64,000 bases of DNA from Eledone cirrhosa. Taxonomy: Eukaryota. Under the pieces are notes generated by a model that was not told the DNA's origin, did no database searches, and worked only from the letters and a program-made list of their open reading frames with translations. The stretch spans positions 355,322,001-355,386,000 of the forward strand of contig OZ024743.1 of assembly GCA_964016885.1 (NCBI GenBank), read 5' to 3'. Below are positions 26,409-38,693 of this stretch, piece after piece. Position numbers and translations under genes: made by a program. Position 1 is the first letter of the stretch. Each line of letters begins with the position of its first letter.

Positions 26409-27020
26409 ATATGGTGGCTGCCAACTCGTTTTCGAGTACGGCCACTACTTTATATCCATGTAGGAGAACCCCTACGGATGCGCTGAACGAGTGTGACTTT
26501 TTAGTCCAGCCAGCGATTTGAAAACTCTGGTACAAACACTACACCTGTAACAATTATTGACACACAGTGCTGGGCCCATGGTACCACGTGACAACAAGTG
26601 CAGAGAGATCTCCAGATATAAAGCAATGCCTGTGCCGTGAAGCTTTTATAGTGAGCAAAGGCACTGCACAAAGCCAGTCCCACTCTCTTAACCAAGATGA
26701 TATTTACCAAAAAGAAGAACAAGTCAACATCATTGGATACCATCAGAGTTGCAGGCGTTATATCAGAGTTTTCCTTCTCCTAGAATTCTGCCTTGACAAA
26801 GGCTAAGGGGTCATCTCTCCCGGTGATTTTGGATGGCCATTGACTCTTAAGAGCTCCTTTGCCCTTTGACAGGTTTTGTTTTTAGTCCTGCAGGATGTCC
26901 AAAGTCACCCTCCTCACCAAGAAACCTTGGTGGGGTTGCCAGTTTAGTCGCCAACGACCCGACCATGAGACAGGTTGTACTGGGATACATGTTACCAGTA
27001 GCACCAACTGGTGACCTGAC
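26409..27020 (-). mobile_element. Non-autonomous bipartite RTE-derived element (family R1)
   Basis: An RTE-type 5' UTR (gggtcgttggcgactaaactggcaacc; ctaggagaaggaaaactctg) is joined to a 3' end ttggcagccaccat with no ORF. Near-identical copies at 36858 and 42780. Confidence 0.75.
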
Positions 27021-27071
27021 ATATATCCATATACATACATACATACATACATACATACATACATACATACA

Positions 27072-27103
<32 letters not shown>

Positions 27104-27111
27104 CATGTGTG

Positions 27112-27878
27112 TGAAAAGTAAATGGAAAAAGAATATCAGACGATGAAGTTCAATGTAGAGATATATTAGTTTCGCGCTTAATATAGCTGGATATATCATC
27201 AGATAATAGAATGAGAAATTATAGAAGAATTATAAAGAGAGAGAAGTGTGAGCAGGGGCAGAAACGAAAACTATTTCTTCGAGAAAAAGCAGGTCTGTTT
27301 ATTTCGCCATCTCTTGGAAAACTGCTGATAGGAAGTTCAGTTGGAAGTCTTTCGAAAGGTTCTCATCAAAGGCGCTTGTATGGTGCTGAGAAGAAAAAAA
27401 TAATTTTGTATTTAGAGTGGATAGTTATGCGTGTTAGTGTTTGTGTGTTTCTTGTTTGTTTGTACGAAGGTGTGTAGTTATGTATGTTTGAGTGTGCGTA
27501 TTTGTTGTTGGGCCGTACAGCGCTGTGAGTGTAAGTATAGAGGTGTGTGCGTGTTTGTTTTTGATCTGGACAACTCTGAGAGGGGTAGGGACCTCGAAGA
27601 GTGAATGTACACGCGCATGTGACAGCTGACGATGTAAGGGTGACAGTGGCTAGGGGTATAGAAGCAAAACCGAACTCATGTGTGCAATGGTGAATATAGA
27701 TAAAAGAAATTGTGAATAGGAGTTGAGTTCATTAGGGAAACTGGACCCATGGTGAAAAATCAAGTTCTGCTCAGTCGTGGTGCGTGAACCTCACGTTCCG
27801 TGCAACAGAACTCCCATGACTGAGTCATGTTGAGAGGCCTGGACAACTGATGTTATGGTCGACGGGTGTATCCCTGCC
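27112..27878 (-). mobile_element. Decayed PLE 3' fragment (GIY-YIG C-terminus + UTR with two decayed HHR-like cores)
   Basis: Minus translation SVMGVLLHG...TEQNLIFHHGSSFPNELN resembles the Neptune E.xLIFxLGTxxPxGLN end. TTGATGA-gaa cct ttc-GAAA lies near 27350 and CTGATGA at 27196-27202. Confidence 0.6.
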
Positions 27879-27929
<51 letters not shown>

Positions 27930-27951
27930 TGTGTATGTGTGTGTGTGTGTG

Positions 27952-28200
27952 CAAAAAGTAAACGCAAACAACAAAGTAACAACAAAGTACAGTGAAATAT
28001 GTTTCTAGTAATCAAGAAATGGTTGATATAATAGGAAAATAGTATTTTCGTTTCGGGCACTTGTCCTTCATCAGAAGGTTAAATAAAAGATGAAATAGAA
28101 AGATAGGGAGTGGGAAGAGAAAGGGACGGAAAATTAGTTTTGAAAAAATCACGTGCATATTCATACAGCCACATATATTCATTTTGATACTCAGTGTTGG
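27952..28200 (-). mobile_element. Short PLE-tail element (family H1) with inactivated HHR at 28043-28078
   Basis: Minus strand: cctt-CTGATGA-aggacaagtgccc-GAAA-cgaa. Homologous to 29125-29295 and 61795-61967. Confidence 0.65.
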
Positions 28201-28291
28201 TAAAATATGTGCTGCCGTCTCTCGTCCATTTCTTTATATATATATATATATGGGTGTGTGTTTGTGTGTGTGTATATATATATATATATAG

Positions 28292-28555
28292 TGGAGGGAC
28301 GTGGTAAGGGTGTTGGACTTACGATCATAATGTCGTGGGTTCGATTCATTGGTTGCGTGTTGTGTTCTTGGGCAAAACACTTCTGTATACTCAGCTGTAT
28401 AAACACACCAGTATACTCAGCTGAAAATGAGTACCAGTAATTGCGGGGAGTTTAACCGTATGAAGGACTGCCCTCTTGTCCAGAAGGGAGCCTTGTACTC
28501 TCAGTATGCCATGAAACCGGGATAAGCATCGGCCAAATGAGCGTTCTGGCTTATA
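28292..28555 (+). mobile_element. S2 MetaSINE-like element
   Basis: tggtaagggtgttggacttacgatc...gggttcgatt...gtgttcttgggcaaaacactt...gaaaccgggataagc. Confidence 0.8.
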
Positions 28556-28559
28556 ACAG

Positions 28560-28666
<107 letters not shown>

Positions 28667-28777
28667 GAGGTGAGTTTTATTGTAGCACAATAAAGCAATG
28701 CAAATATCGGATAAGTAGCACTCAACAGTTTATTTGACTATAAGAAGAAATTAAAAGATGGTTAAAAAAGTTCCATG

Positions 28778-28848
28778 TATTTTATTATGCGCATTTCAAA
28801 AACAAATATCATCCTGGGACGATATTTGCGTTCTCATCAGATAAAATA
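28778..28848 (-). ncRNA. Type I HHR (mirror copy)
   Basis: Reverse complement of 28925-28995. Confidence 0.85.
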
Positions 28849-28924
28849 GGGAGACATGATATGAAGCTTAAAAAAAAACACTTGTGAGCAAGGTAGCGTC
28901 TAATCAACATATATGTTGTCTCCC

Positions 28925-28995
28925 TATTTTATCTGATGAGAACGCAAATATCGTCCCAGGATGATATTTGTTTTTGAAATGCGCATAATAAAATA
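28925..28995 (+). ncRNA. Type I hammerhead ribozyme
   Basis: tattttat-CTGATGA-gaacgcaaatatcgtc ccag gatgatatttgttttt-GAAA-tgcgca-TA-ataaaata. 8-bp stem I, ~16-bp stem II, palindromic stem III. Confidence 0.88.
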
Positions 28996-29028
28996 CATAG
29001 AACTTTTTTAACCATCTTTTAATTTCTT

Positions 29029-29072
<44 letters not shown>

Positions 29073-29173
29073 CAAGAGATGTCAACATGAATGGACCTAT
29101 TATTTTTATCTAAAGACATTTTTTTCCAATTCCATCCCGCCCGTCCCCTTAATCTATTTTATTTCTCTTTCTT

Positions 29174-29209
29174 TCTTCTGATGAAGGACTAACGTTCGAA
29201 ACGTTAAGA
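29174..29209 (+). ncRNA. Ultra-minimal type I HHR (family H1)
   Basis: tctt-CTGATGA-a-ggac taac gttc-GAAA-cg-TT-aaga. Confidence 0.75.
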
Positions 29210-29337
29210 CCCTCTTCCTGTATATCAAGCGTTAACCTAATATATACCTTCTATATACTGTACCGATTGTGTTGTTATTTCTGTTTACCTTTTACATATA
29301 TATAAATATATATACATATGTATATATATATATATAT

Positions 29338-29399
<62 letters not shown>

Positions 29400-29409
29400 G
29401 TAGATAATA

Positions 29410-29468
<59 letters not shown>

Positions 29469-30293
29469 TGTGTGCGTGTTTGTGTAAAATATGTTTGAAT
29501 AAAATCCGCGCAATTTATGGAAATTATTTCGTATACGCAAACTGATTAACTCAATGAAAGTCAGGAAAACACAATGGTAGCTGATTACAATTAAAACGAG
29601 CATGTCTTTAAAAATTGAATCAAACAATCTATTGAATCAAATACTTAATATGTTCTATGTGCATGAATATGGTATTAGCGGTCAGTCATTAAAAATATGA
29701 GGACGTGTACTGCATCAGCAGAGGATCAACAACAAAACCATATAATAACTGTTGTTGTTTATATAAATAGCGGTATATATAAATAGCTGAAATACATGTT
29801 AAATTTATCGGTAAAACAATTTACTAATAGGGCTTGAATTACTGAGATAAACCTTAAAAATTGAATTGAAAATCAAGTAACTCAGCGCTGTAATTATAGA
29901 AATGAATACCTTACAACTACGCCGAAAATATTTTTTGTGGAAAGTGATTAGCTGATAGCTCAATCAAGGTGAAAAAGTATCTCAACTTCGATTAATAATA
30001 TAATTGCAAACCAGGCTATATATTGAAAAATATAACACGCACGTTACATCTTTTACGGGCACGATCATGTTTGTAGAGTGAAAAGGTATAATTGCGAACT
30101 ATTTTTCCGATGTTTACTTTTACATTTAATTTAGTTTTAACATTGGTTAGACATTCTGTTTTCAATGGTAGTGACAACAACGCGATCATTCTTTTTTATA
30201 TCGTTTACAAACAATTTCAATATAATTGTGTTCTTCATGTTACTGCAGCTTGTTTGTATATTTTCAAGTGTCTCATCGCTTTAACATCGCAAT

Positions 30294-30386
<93 letters not shown>

Positions 30387-30670
30387 TATATTAGGCATGA
30401 ATAGAAGTTATATATATGTGTGTATATATTTATATATATTTATATATATATACATATATACCAAACTCGTCCTATGGACTGAGTGCTCTACCACTACGGA
30501 TATTACCTTCCAGTTTTCTACCTCTCTCTCTATCTCTATTTACATATATATATATATATATATGTGTGAATATAAATGAAGTAATTCCGTCGGAATAGTC
30601 CAGGAAAAAAGAGTGCTCTATGTAGGTAACAGAGCTTAATAGTTATGTAATAGACAACATACGGCAATTA

Positions 30671-30731
30671 TTTCATTTACCAGTGGTTTCTTAAAAGCAA
30701 ATAAATTTTGCTTTCAATCATCAGAATGAAA
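30671..30731 (-). ncRNA. Type I HHR (mirror copy)
   Basis: Reverse complement of 30830-30890 apart from the stem II loop. Confidence 0.85.
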
Positions 30732-30829
30732 AAATCCTGGTGTATTTATTGGCGTTGGATTTTAAAAACAAAAAACTTTTTGTTTTTTTGTTTTTGATTT
30801 TTGTTTTTAATATCCAACGCCGGGATTTT

Positions 30830-30890
30830 TTTCATTCTGATGATTGAAAGCAAAATTTTTTTGCTTTTAAGAAACCACTGGTAAATGAAA
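30830..30890 (+). ncRNA. Type I hammerhead ribozyme
   Basis: tttcatt-CTGATGA-ttgaaagcaaaa...ttttgcttttaa-GAAA-ccactgg-TA-aatgaaa. 7-bp stem I; GUA site. Confidence 0.88.
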
Positions 30891-30943
30891 TAATTGCCGT
30901 ATGTTGTTTATTACATAACTATATATATATATATATATATATA

Positions 30944-31308
30944 AAATGTTCTTGAATTTGTTTTGCGAGATTTCTTATCTGAAAACATATGTTGAAACTG
31001 ATATTGTAATACTTTAGGACAGTCATGTTGGCAAAAAAAACACACGCACATGTTAGTTTTCACTTCAATGTATTATAAATTTCCGGTTGGTTGGCTGGTT
31101 GGGTGATACCACAACATACAACACACAAAAACAAGATGGTGTAGGACAGAACAAAGGGGAAACACACAAAATCAAAACCTAGTCACCGAGGAGGTCACAG
31201 AATGTGTGACGAAAGAGCTTTGACAATATATAAACTACCTTCCGGTTATCGAACCTACAAACCAATATTCTTAAAGACTCCAAATGTATTTTCAACTTCT
31301 TTTCTTTA
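30944..31308. mobile_element. Internally inverted PLE-tail element, same family as 35078-35605, with HHR (CCGAGGA core) at 31182-31224
   Basis: The left half matches 35080-35230. The right half matches the opposite arm, 35372-35505. Confidence 0.8.
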
Positions 31309-31315
31309 TATACGT

Positions 31316-31347
<32 letters not shown>

Positions 31348-31355
31348 GTGTGTAA

Positions 31356-31474
<119 letters not shown>

Positions 31475-31685
31475 TAAAGTGATCCTTCATCTGTGATCTT
31501 CCAACCATCATCGGTATTTCTTCGCTTTAAAGACCATATACCTCCGGTTGGTGCGAGCAACGGCTAAAGAAAGTCGTTGGGACACGTAAATAAAGGGAAC
31601 AGCGAGAGTGTAAACAAACAAAGATGGTGAAGCAACGAAAAGTGAGGAAGAACGAGTCAAGTCCCAAATTTCCATGAATATAAGT

Positions 31686-31795
<110 letters not shown>

Positions 31796-32269
31796 CATAT
31801 ATATATAATTCAAAAGGTTATTTGTCACTGATGTACAGAAACATCTCAATAGAAAGATAGCTAAAATGATCTATTCAGAGAAGAGTATACAGATAGAATA
31901 ACTTTTACAAAGTTAAGTTGCTAGATGGGTTATATGTGAGCTATTTCTAGCGTCATTTTATTCCCATCACATTGTCCGTGATATACAAATATTTACTAGG
32001 TTGATCGATCTACGCATATGTTCACACCACGCTACGTCCGTGAGGACTTATTCTGTTTACTAACAGGTAAATGTTATAATATACTTTCAAGAAAACCCTC
32101 AGATGAAATTGTATTATTCGGCATTGTCTGTTTTATGTATTCAAATGGTCAATGTCTTCTCTTGACAATTGAAACCGCGGTAAGGATGAGATCATCGGTG
32201 AGGCTGCCTTATTTGAGGTTTCTTTACTAGGAATCTACCCGTCGCTAACTTTATCAAAGTTTTTCTATG

Positions 32270-34230
32270 TATATAGGCAGCAACCCAACCGCCTTGGTAG
32301 AAACACCCACCAGGGCATAAATGTCTGCACCAACCCACCTGCGACACGTAAACGCCGGCGTAATGTCTTATGGTTCCTTCCCCTCTACTCTCGGAGCGTG
32401 ACCTCTAACATATCCAGAATCCTCTTCGACGCCTTAGAGAGGAACATGCCACCTAACCACAGGTAGAGAAAGATCCTCAACAAGAATAACGTCAAGATAT
32501 CTTATTCTACTACACCTAATTTAGCAGACCACATAGCATTAAGCAACCACAGTAAGCTCACTAGAATAAAACCAGCCCGTAATGCCAACATTGGTGAATA
32601 TGGCTACCCGGTCAACCTTAACAATTCAGTCGCCCAGAATAGTAGCAGCAATAGTAACCAGGACAAGAATCATAGTAGTAACGTCTACAATAGCAACACC
32701 ATAGAAACTAATCGCAGCGCTAGTAGGGAGGCCGAAGACCAGGTTAGATACCATAGCAGCGATAACAACGGCTGTAGAAGGCGCTATAATACGAGCAATA
32801 GAAATAGCACCATGTCGCAGGACTATAACTACAATAATGCCAACCACAATAATGGCAACAATGGTGATGGTGAAAATTATAGTAATAGGGTTAGCAGCAG
32901 TCCTCACCATTTTAGAAATGGCAACAAAAAACACTGCAATTGTCGAAACAACTATCCGCTCCAAGGCTACTACTTGATTAAAAAAGTAATCTACAGTTAC
33001 GAGTTATAATAGTGCTAGGTCATACATAGGCACCACATATGGAGAGCTCAAGACTAGATTTAGAGCGTATCTCCACTCATTTAGGAATTGGAAAAGATTC
33101 TCCACCTCCCTCGCTAATTATATTACTCAATTAACCGACTCTAACATTAGCTACACCACGCAATGGGAAATTGTGTACCAAGCAACACCATATAATTTCA
33201 GGAAAATCTGCCAGCTCTGCCTAATGGAGCTATACTATATAGTACAAGCACCCCAGGAACTCATAAATAGTCTGGCCGAAACAGTCATCAATTGCGACCA
33301 CCGACTACAACAATCATTCTACAGATGGACCCCTGAACCTGAATAACTCCGTATCCCTACGGCTCTCCGCACCCTGACCTGACCCACCTGCGGTAGGTTT
33401 ACGAATATACTGCGTAGAATAAACCATCAACCACCCATCGATTTCTCACCGGGAGGCTGCACAGCACCTACTCAGTTAGACACACCCCGCTATATTCTTC
33501 CTCTTAGCCGGACCGGGTTAAAGTAATCTTATGAACCTGATGCCTGAACGCAAGTAACATCATACATAAATTGAACATATGAACATACAACTTGGATCCG
33601 AATTGGCATTATACTTCCAGGCCTTCAACATCGCACCCCATTACAGTCCCCCCTGTATTAGGTATACCTGTGGCAGTGTTTAACGACACTACCAACAGTC
33701 TATTGGTTTCCCACCAAAACACTGCACAATTTCTACTGAGTTGGACCAACCCCGCACAGGTTATATAATTTTTTTCCCCATAGCTGGGATTGGTAAAAAA
33801 TAACACAGTGACATTCAACAGGCACCGGGTAATTACCTCCCTTCGCAAGTTATATCCCTTTCACCGGCGGCAATGCGTTTACCATCTTAAATCAGGATAC
33901 ATGGCGATCTGAAGTTGTGATATCCTCTCAACGATTTGTAATTAAGGACTTAGCAATTGGAACATCCGCCTCCGATGAGACCCTCTGGGCGAAACACGTG
34001 TAAGAGCTATATAAAGAAATGTTTTAACGGCTTCTAACTCTTTCAATCACTCATTCATTTCCTTATTCCAGCTCTGCTTAAACCTTACGCAAAATATTAA
34101 CCTTCTCTAATATTTAACCCTGCTAACCCAAGCATCGAGCACACTACGCTTCGGCTATTGGCATTTAGTATTCTGTATCGTACCTCTTTGTATCTCTCCG
34201 CTTCATCCTCTCCTACGATACTTTAGCCCT
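32270..34230 (+). mobile_element. Naiad-like Penelope element 3' part (linker + GIY-YIG + UTR), decayed
   Basis: RKRRRNVLWFLPLYSRSVTSNI...KILNKNNVKISYSTTPNL, CNCRNNYPLQG..L...VIY, YIGTT...KTR and WEIV..A.PY....CQLCLME...IN...E...CDH are the linker and endonuclease signatures of the Naiad clade. Confidence 0.8.
33968..34006 (+). ncRNA. Decayed minimal HHR in the Naiad-like 3' UTR
   Basis: CCGATGA-gaccc tct gggc-GAAA-cacgtg-TA-agag. U4C core and weak stem I. Confidence 0.6.
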
Positions 34231-34364
34231 ATTATATATATATATGTATGTAAATATATGTGTTTGTGTGTGTGTGTATGTGTGTGTATATACATGCATA
34301 TTCATAAATACATACATACATACATACATATATACATACATACATACATAGATACATACATACA

Positions 34365-35077
<713 letters not shown>

Positions 35078-35605
35078 TTCATTTTTGAATTTGTTTTTCA
35101 AGATTTATCTGAAAACGTGTGTTGATACCGATATTGTTATACTTTGGGAGGGTCAAGCTGCCAATAAAAACACACGCACCTGTGATTTTCACTTAAATTT
35201 GTTATAAATATCCAATTGTTTGGTTGGTTGGTTCGATAACCGGATGGTTGTTTATATATTGTCAAACATCTTTCGACACATATTCTGTGACCACATCAGT
35301 GACTAGGTTTTTATTTTGTGTCACTCCTTTGTTCTGCCCTACACCATCTTGTTTTTGTGTGTTGTGTCACGCAACACACAAAACGAGATGATGTAGGACA
35401 GAACAAAGGAGCGACACAAAAATAAAAACCTAGTCATTGAGGAGGTCACAGAATGTGTGACGAAAGAGCTTTGACAATATATAAACACCCATCCGGTTAT
35501 TGAACCAGCTAACTAACAAACCGGAAATTTATAACAAATCGAACTGAAAACCAACAGGTGCGTGCGTTTTTATTGAAGCCTCACCCTCCCAAAGTATAAC
35601 AATAT
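35078..35605. mobile_element. Large fold-back element (~235-bp arms, centre ~35368) with decayed HHR on both strands
   Basis: Arms 35131-35367 and 35369-35605. HHR motifs at 35433-35475 (+) and 35261-35303 (-): gtca-[CT]TGA.G[AT]-g-gtcaca...tgt..c-GAAA-ga..-TT-tgac. Confidence 0.9.
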
Positions 35606-35610
35606 ATATA

Positions 35611-35664
<54 letters not shown>

Positions 35665-35792
35665 CATGTATGTTTGTATGTATGTGTATGCATATGTATA
35701 TACATGTGTTATTGACTTGTTGACTGTCGTGAGAATAAGTACTGAATACCGAAGAAGATTTTAAATGGGTATTCATTATATCTAAGTGGTGA

Positions 35793-35845
35793 GACTTGTC
35801 ACTATAGAGTTTCTCCTGAGCAGTCACGAGATCATCAGGCAGGTC
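35793..35845 (-). ncRNA. Decayed type I HHR
   Basis: Minus strand: gacctgc-CTGATGA-tctcgtgactgctcagga-GAAA-ctctatag-TG-acaagtc. The GUG site is predicted uncleavable. Confidence 0.5.
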
Positions 35846-36084
35846 TTGTCTTATCACATATTATTTATCAAATTACATTACACCAAACACACGCACATTC
35901 ACACACACACACACACACTTGCATACAAACATACACGCACACCCACACACTCTGACACACACATATGTGTGTGTCAGAGAGTGAGAGAGACGGACTGATT
36001 TACACACAAATATAAAAATGTTAGCACACATAGTATGTTCCTTAAATTAAATATAAATAGTTTAGACTAACAAAATAGAAGTCA

Positions 36085-36420
36085 CCTCATTTAACATCCT
36101 CTACAGACGAAAAATAACAATATGCGTTGAAGGTATTCCCTGCTAAATTAGACGATGTTTCATTTTGAGCAATTTTCTGCATTCCCGCAACACCTGGCTC
36201 ACATTTCTTCATCGGTCATGTTTGGCCATATTTTCCTTGGTCTTTCCTTTTCTCTATTTCCTTCCACATCCACTTCTATCCCTCCTATTTAATCCTTCCT
36301 CAACACATGGCTCAGCTACTTCATTCCATTTCTCTTCCAAATGTTCATCCCTAGCTCTATTACAATTATCCCCTACAAATCATTGTTTGTCTTCTCTCTG
36401 AGTGATCCATGTGTTTCCAG
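36085..36420 (-). mobile_element. Decayed RTE 3' fragment
   Basis: Minus translation LSHVLRK...VDVEGNREKERPRKIW matches the RTE W.GHVxR...GxRxRGRPxxxW motif. Confidence 0.6.
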
Positions 36421-36857
36421 TTTCAAATAGATACATTGTAAACTTTTGTACCGTGAGAGGCGATTAAAAAGGGATCCTATAGTAGATAGGATTACTGCTG
36501 TATGCGGAACTTGCCCCCAAAAGGATTGGAAGTTTCTATGCAAGCTTTAGTAATATCAAAATGCAGTGTTAAAATCAAAAGTCAAATGCTGTACATATGA
36601 AATAATCTATGAACGGAAACAGGAGTTAACTGTTAAAGGGTGGTTTAAATGCGGTGATGACGAATTTATTAGTTACAGTATTATATATATGATCTCATGC
36701 TACGTACTACAAAAGGCAACAAGAACGCGCTACTCTAAATACTTCATTGAAAAAAGGAAACCAGGGAAGGTCTGACGAATAAGTAAAGGCGAAGAATTTT
36801 TGATACAAACGCAAAAACAAACATATTACGTACATACATACATACATACATACATAC

Positions 36858-37449
36858 ATGGTGGCTGCCAACTCGTTTTCGAGTACGGCCACTACTTTAT
36901 ATCCATGTAGGAGGGCCCCTACCAATGCGATGAACGAGTGTGACTTTTTAGTCCAGCCAGCAACTTGAAAATTCTGGTACAAACACTTCACTTGTGACAA
37001 TTATTGACCCATAGTGCTGGGCCCATGGTACCATGTAACGACAAGTGCAGAGAGATCTCCAGATATAAAGCAATGCCTGTGCCGTGAAGCTTTTATAGTG
37101 AGCAAAGGCACTGCACAAAGCCAGTCCCACTCTCTTAACCAAGATGATATTTACCAAAAAGAAGAACAAGTCAACATCATTGTATACCATCAGGGTTGCA
37201 GGTGTTATATCAGAGTTTTCCTTCTCCTAGAATTCAGCCTTGACAAAGGGTAAGGGGTCATCTCTTCCGGTGATTTTGGATGGCCATTGACTCTTAAGAG
37301 CTTCTTTACCATTTGACAGGTTTTGTTTTTAGTCCTGCAGGATATCCAAAGTCACCCTCCTCACCAAGAAACCTTGGTGGGGTTGCCAGTTTAGTCGCCA
37401 ACGACCCGACCATGAGGCAGGTTGGACTGGGATACATGTTACCAGTAGT
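36858..37449 (-). mobile_element. Family R1 RTE-derived non-autonomous element
   Basis: Highly similar to 26409-27000. (TACA)n lies on both sides. Confidence 0.8.
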
Positions 37450-37495
37450 AATACATACATACATACATACATACATACATACATACATACATACA

Positions 37496-37529
<34 letters not shown>

Positions 37530-37629
37530 CATACATACATACATAAAGGCAAGCATAGCTGTTTGGTTAAGGAATTTTCAGCGCAACCACGCGGATTCGG
37601 ATCCAGTTTCGTTGCGCGACACCTTTGGA

Positions 37630-38140
37630 GATGATGGCTGCAACTTGATTTCGAGTAATGCCATCGCTTCATGCTTAAGCATGAACACCACCTATAGCCA
37701 GCAATACTATGCATCGCATAAAATTTCATATAACAAATGATGCCTGTGTTTGAAGCTTTTGTAAAATAAGGAAAAGCTTTGCACGGGGTCAATCCCACTC
37801 TCTGAACATCGAGTATATTTTCCCCAAAAGAAGAACTGGTCTACATCATTAGATGTCGCAGGTTTTATATCAGAGTGAGCTTCTCCTAGAGAGAATTTTA
37901 ATGAAGTCTAGGAGTCTCTCACACGACAAAAGTAAAATAAGAAAATAATTATTGGATGACCGATGACTCTCCTGAGTCCCTCCGCCCTCTGACGGGTTTT
38001 GTTTTTCATCCTTCAGGGTCTCCAAATTCAACCTCCTCACCAAGCAAGCTTGGTGGGGTTGCCGGTTTAGTCGCCGACGATCCGACCATGTACAGGTTGT
38101 ATTGGCTTACATGTTACTAGTAGCGCTGAAGAACGATCTA
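37630..38140 (-). mobile_element. Older R1-related RTE-derived element
   Basis: Shares the ggtggggttgccggtttagtcgcc...tacatgttactagtagc and gatggctgcaac termini with R1. Confidence 0.7.
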
Positions 38141-38177
38141 CATACATATATACATACATACAAACATACCTACAACA

Positions 38178-38693
38178 TGATGGCTGCAAACTCTGCTAAG
38201 ATTACTGCAATCGATTGTCAGATTCAGATGTGTGACGCTCGGATATGGCTTTTCAAGCCTGCAAGAGACTTGCACTTTTTCGCACATTGACGATGACTAT
38301 GGATCAGATTGCCTGTGAACCTTCACAATACCGTGGAGATCATAGTTTATTGGTTCTCTTTGAACATACCTGCGACTGTAGCTCCTGAGACCAGATTTTC
38401 TCAAGCACATCTTTCCACATTCAGGGCACACCAATTCAATGGAGACACCGATCGTTTCGAGAGATACGCCAGGGCATTGCTTACGCACATTCCGTTTCGT
38501 CTTCTCGTCCTCTTTGCGCCTGTCCTAAAAATTATGGACCCCCATCATTTACCATTCCACGCCAAGTTTCTCTTTCAAGAGCTTCCATCTCCCAGTCAGC
38601 CACCATCAAACCAGTTTTTTCGAGCATTGCTTGTTTAGGAGGTGTTACAGCTTCATGTGGCTGGCCTTAGTCTAAAAGTGCACCAAATTCTAT
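38178..38693 (-). mobile_element. RTE LINE 3' end with tandem C-terminal zinc-finger-like motifs
   Basis: Minus translations CPECGKMCLRKSGLRS and QCAKKCKSLAGLKSHIR. Ends ttgcagccatc followed by (atgt)n. Confidence 0.75.

Larger units (their letters stand above)
30572..30920. mobile_element. Fold-back element with an intact HHR on each strand (arms 30641-30738 and 30823-30920)
   Basis: Near-perfect arms plus an inner hairpin ggcgttgga...tccaacgcc. The left tail carries GAGTGCTC. Flanked by (TA)n. Confidence 0.92.

Noticed and set aside
32930-33340. Selenocysteine-coding Naiad
   Set aside because: Conserved Cys positions are TGC/TGT or decayed to TAT/TAC. I saw no in-frame TGA at Cys sites and no clear SECIS.
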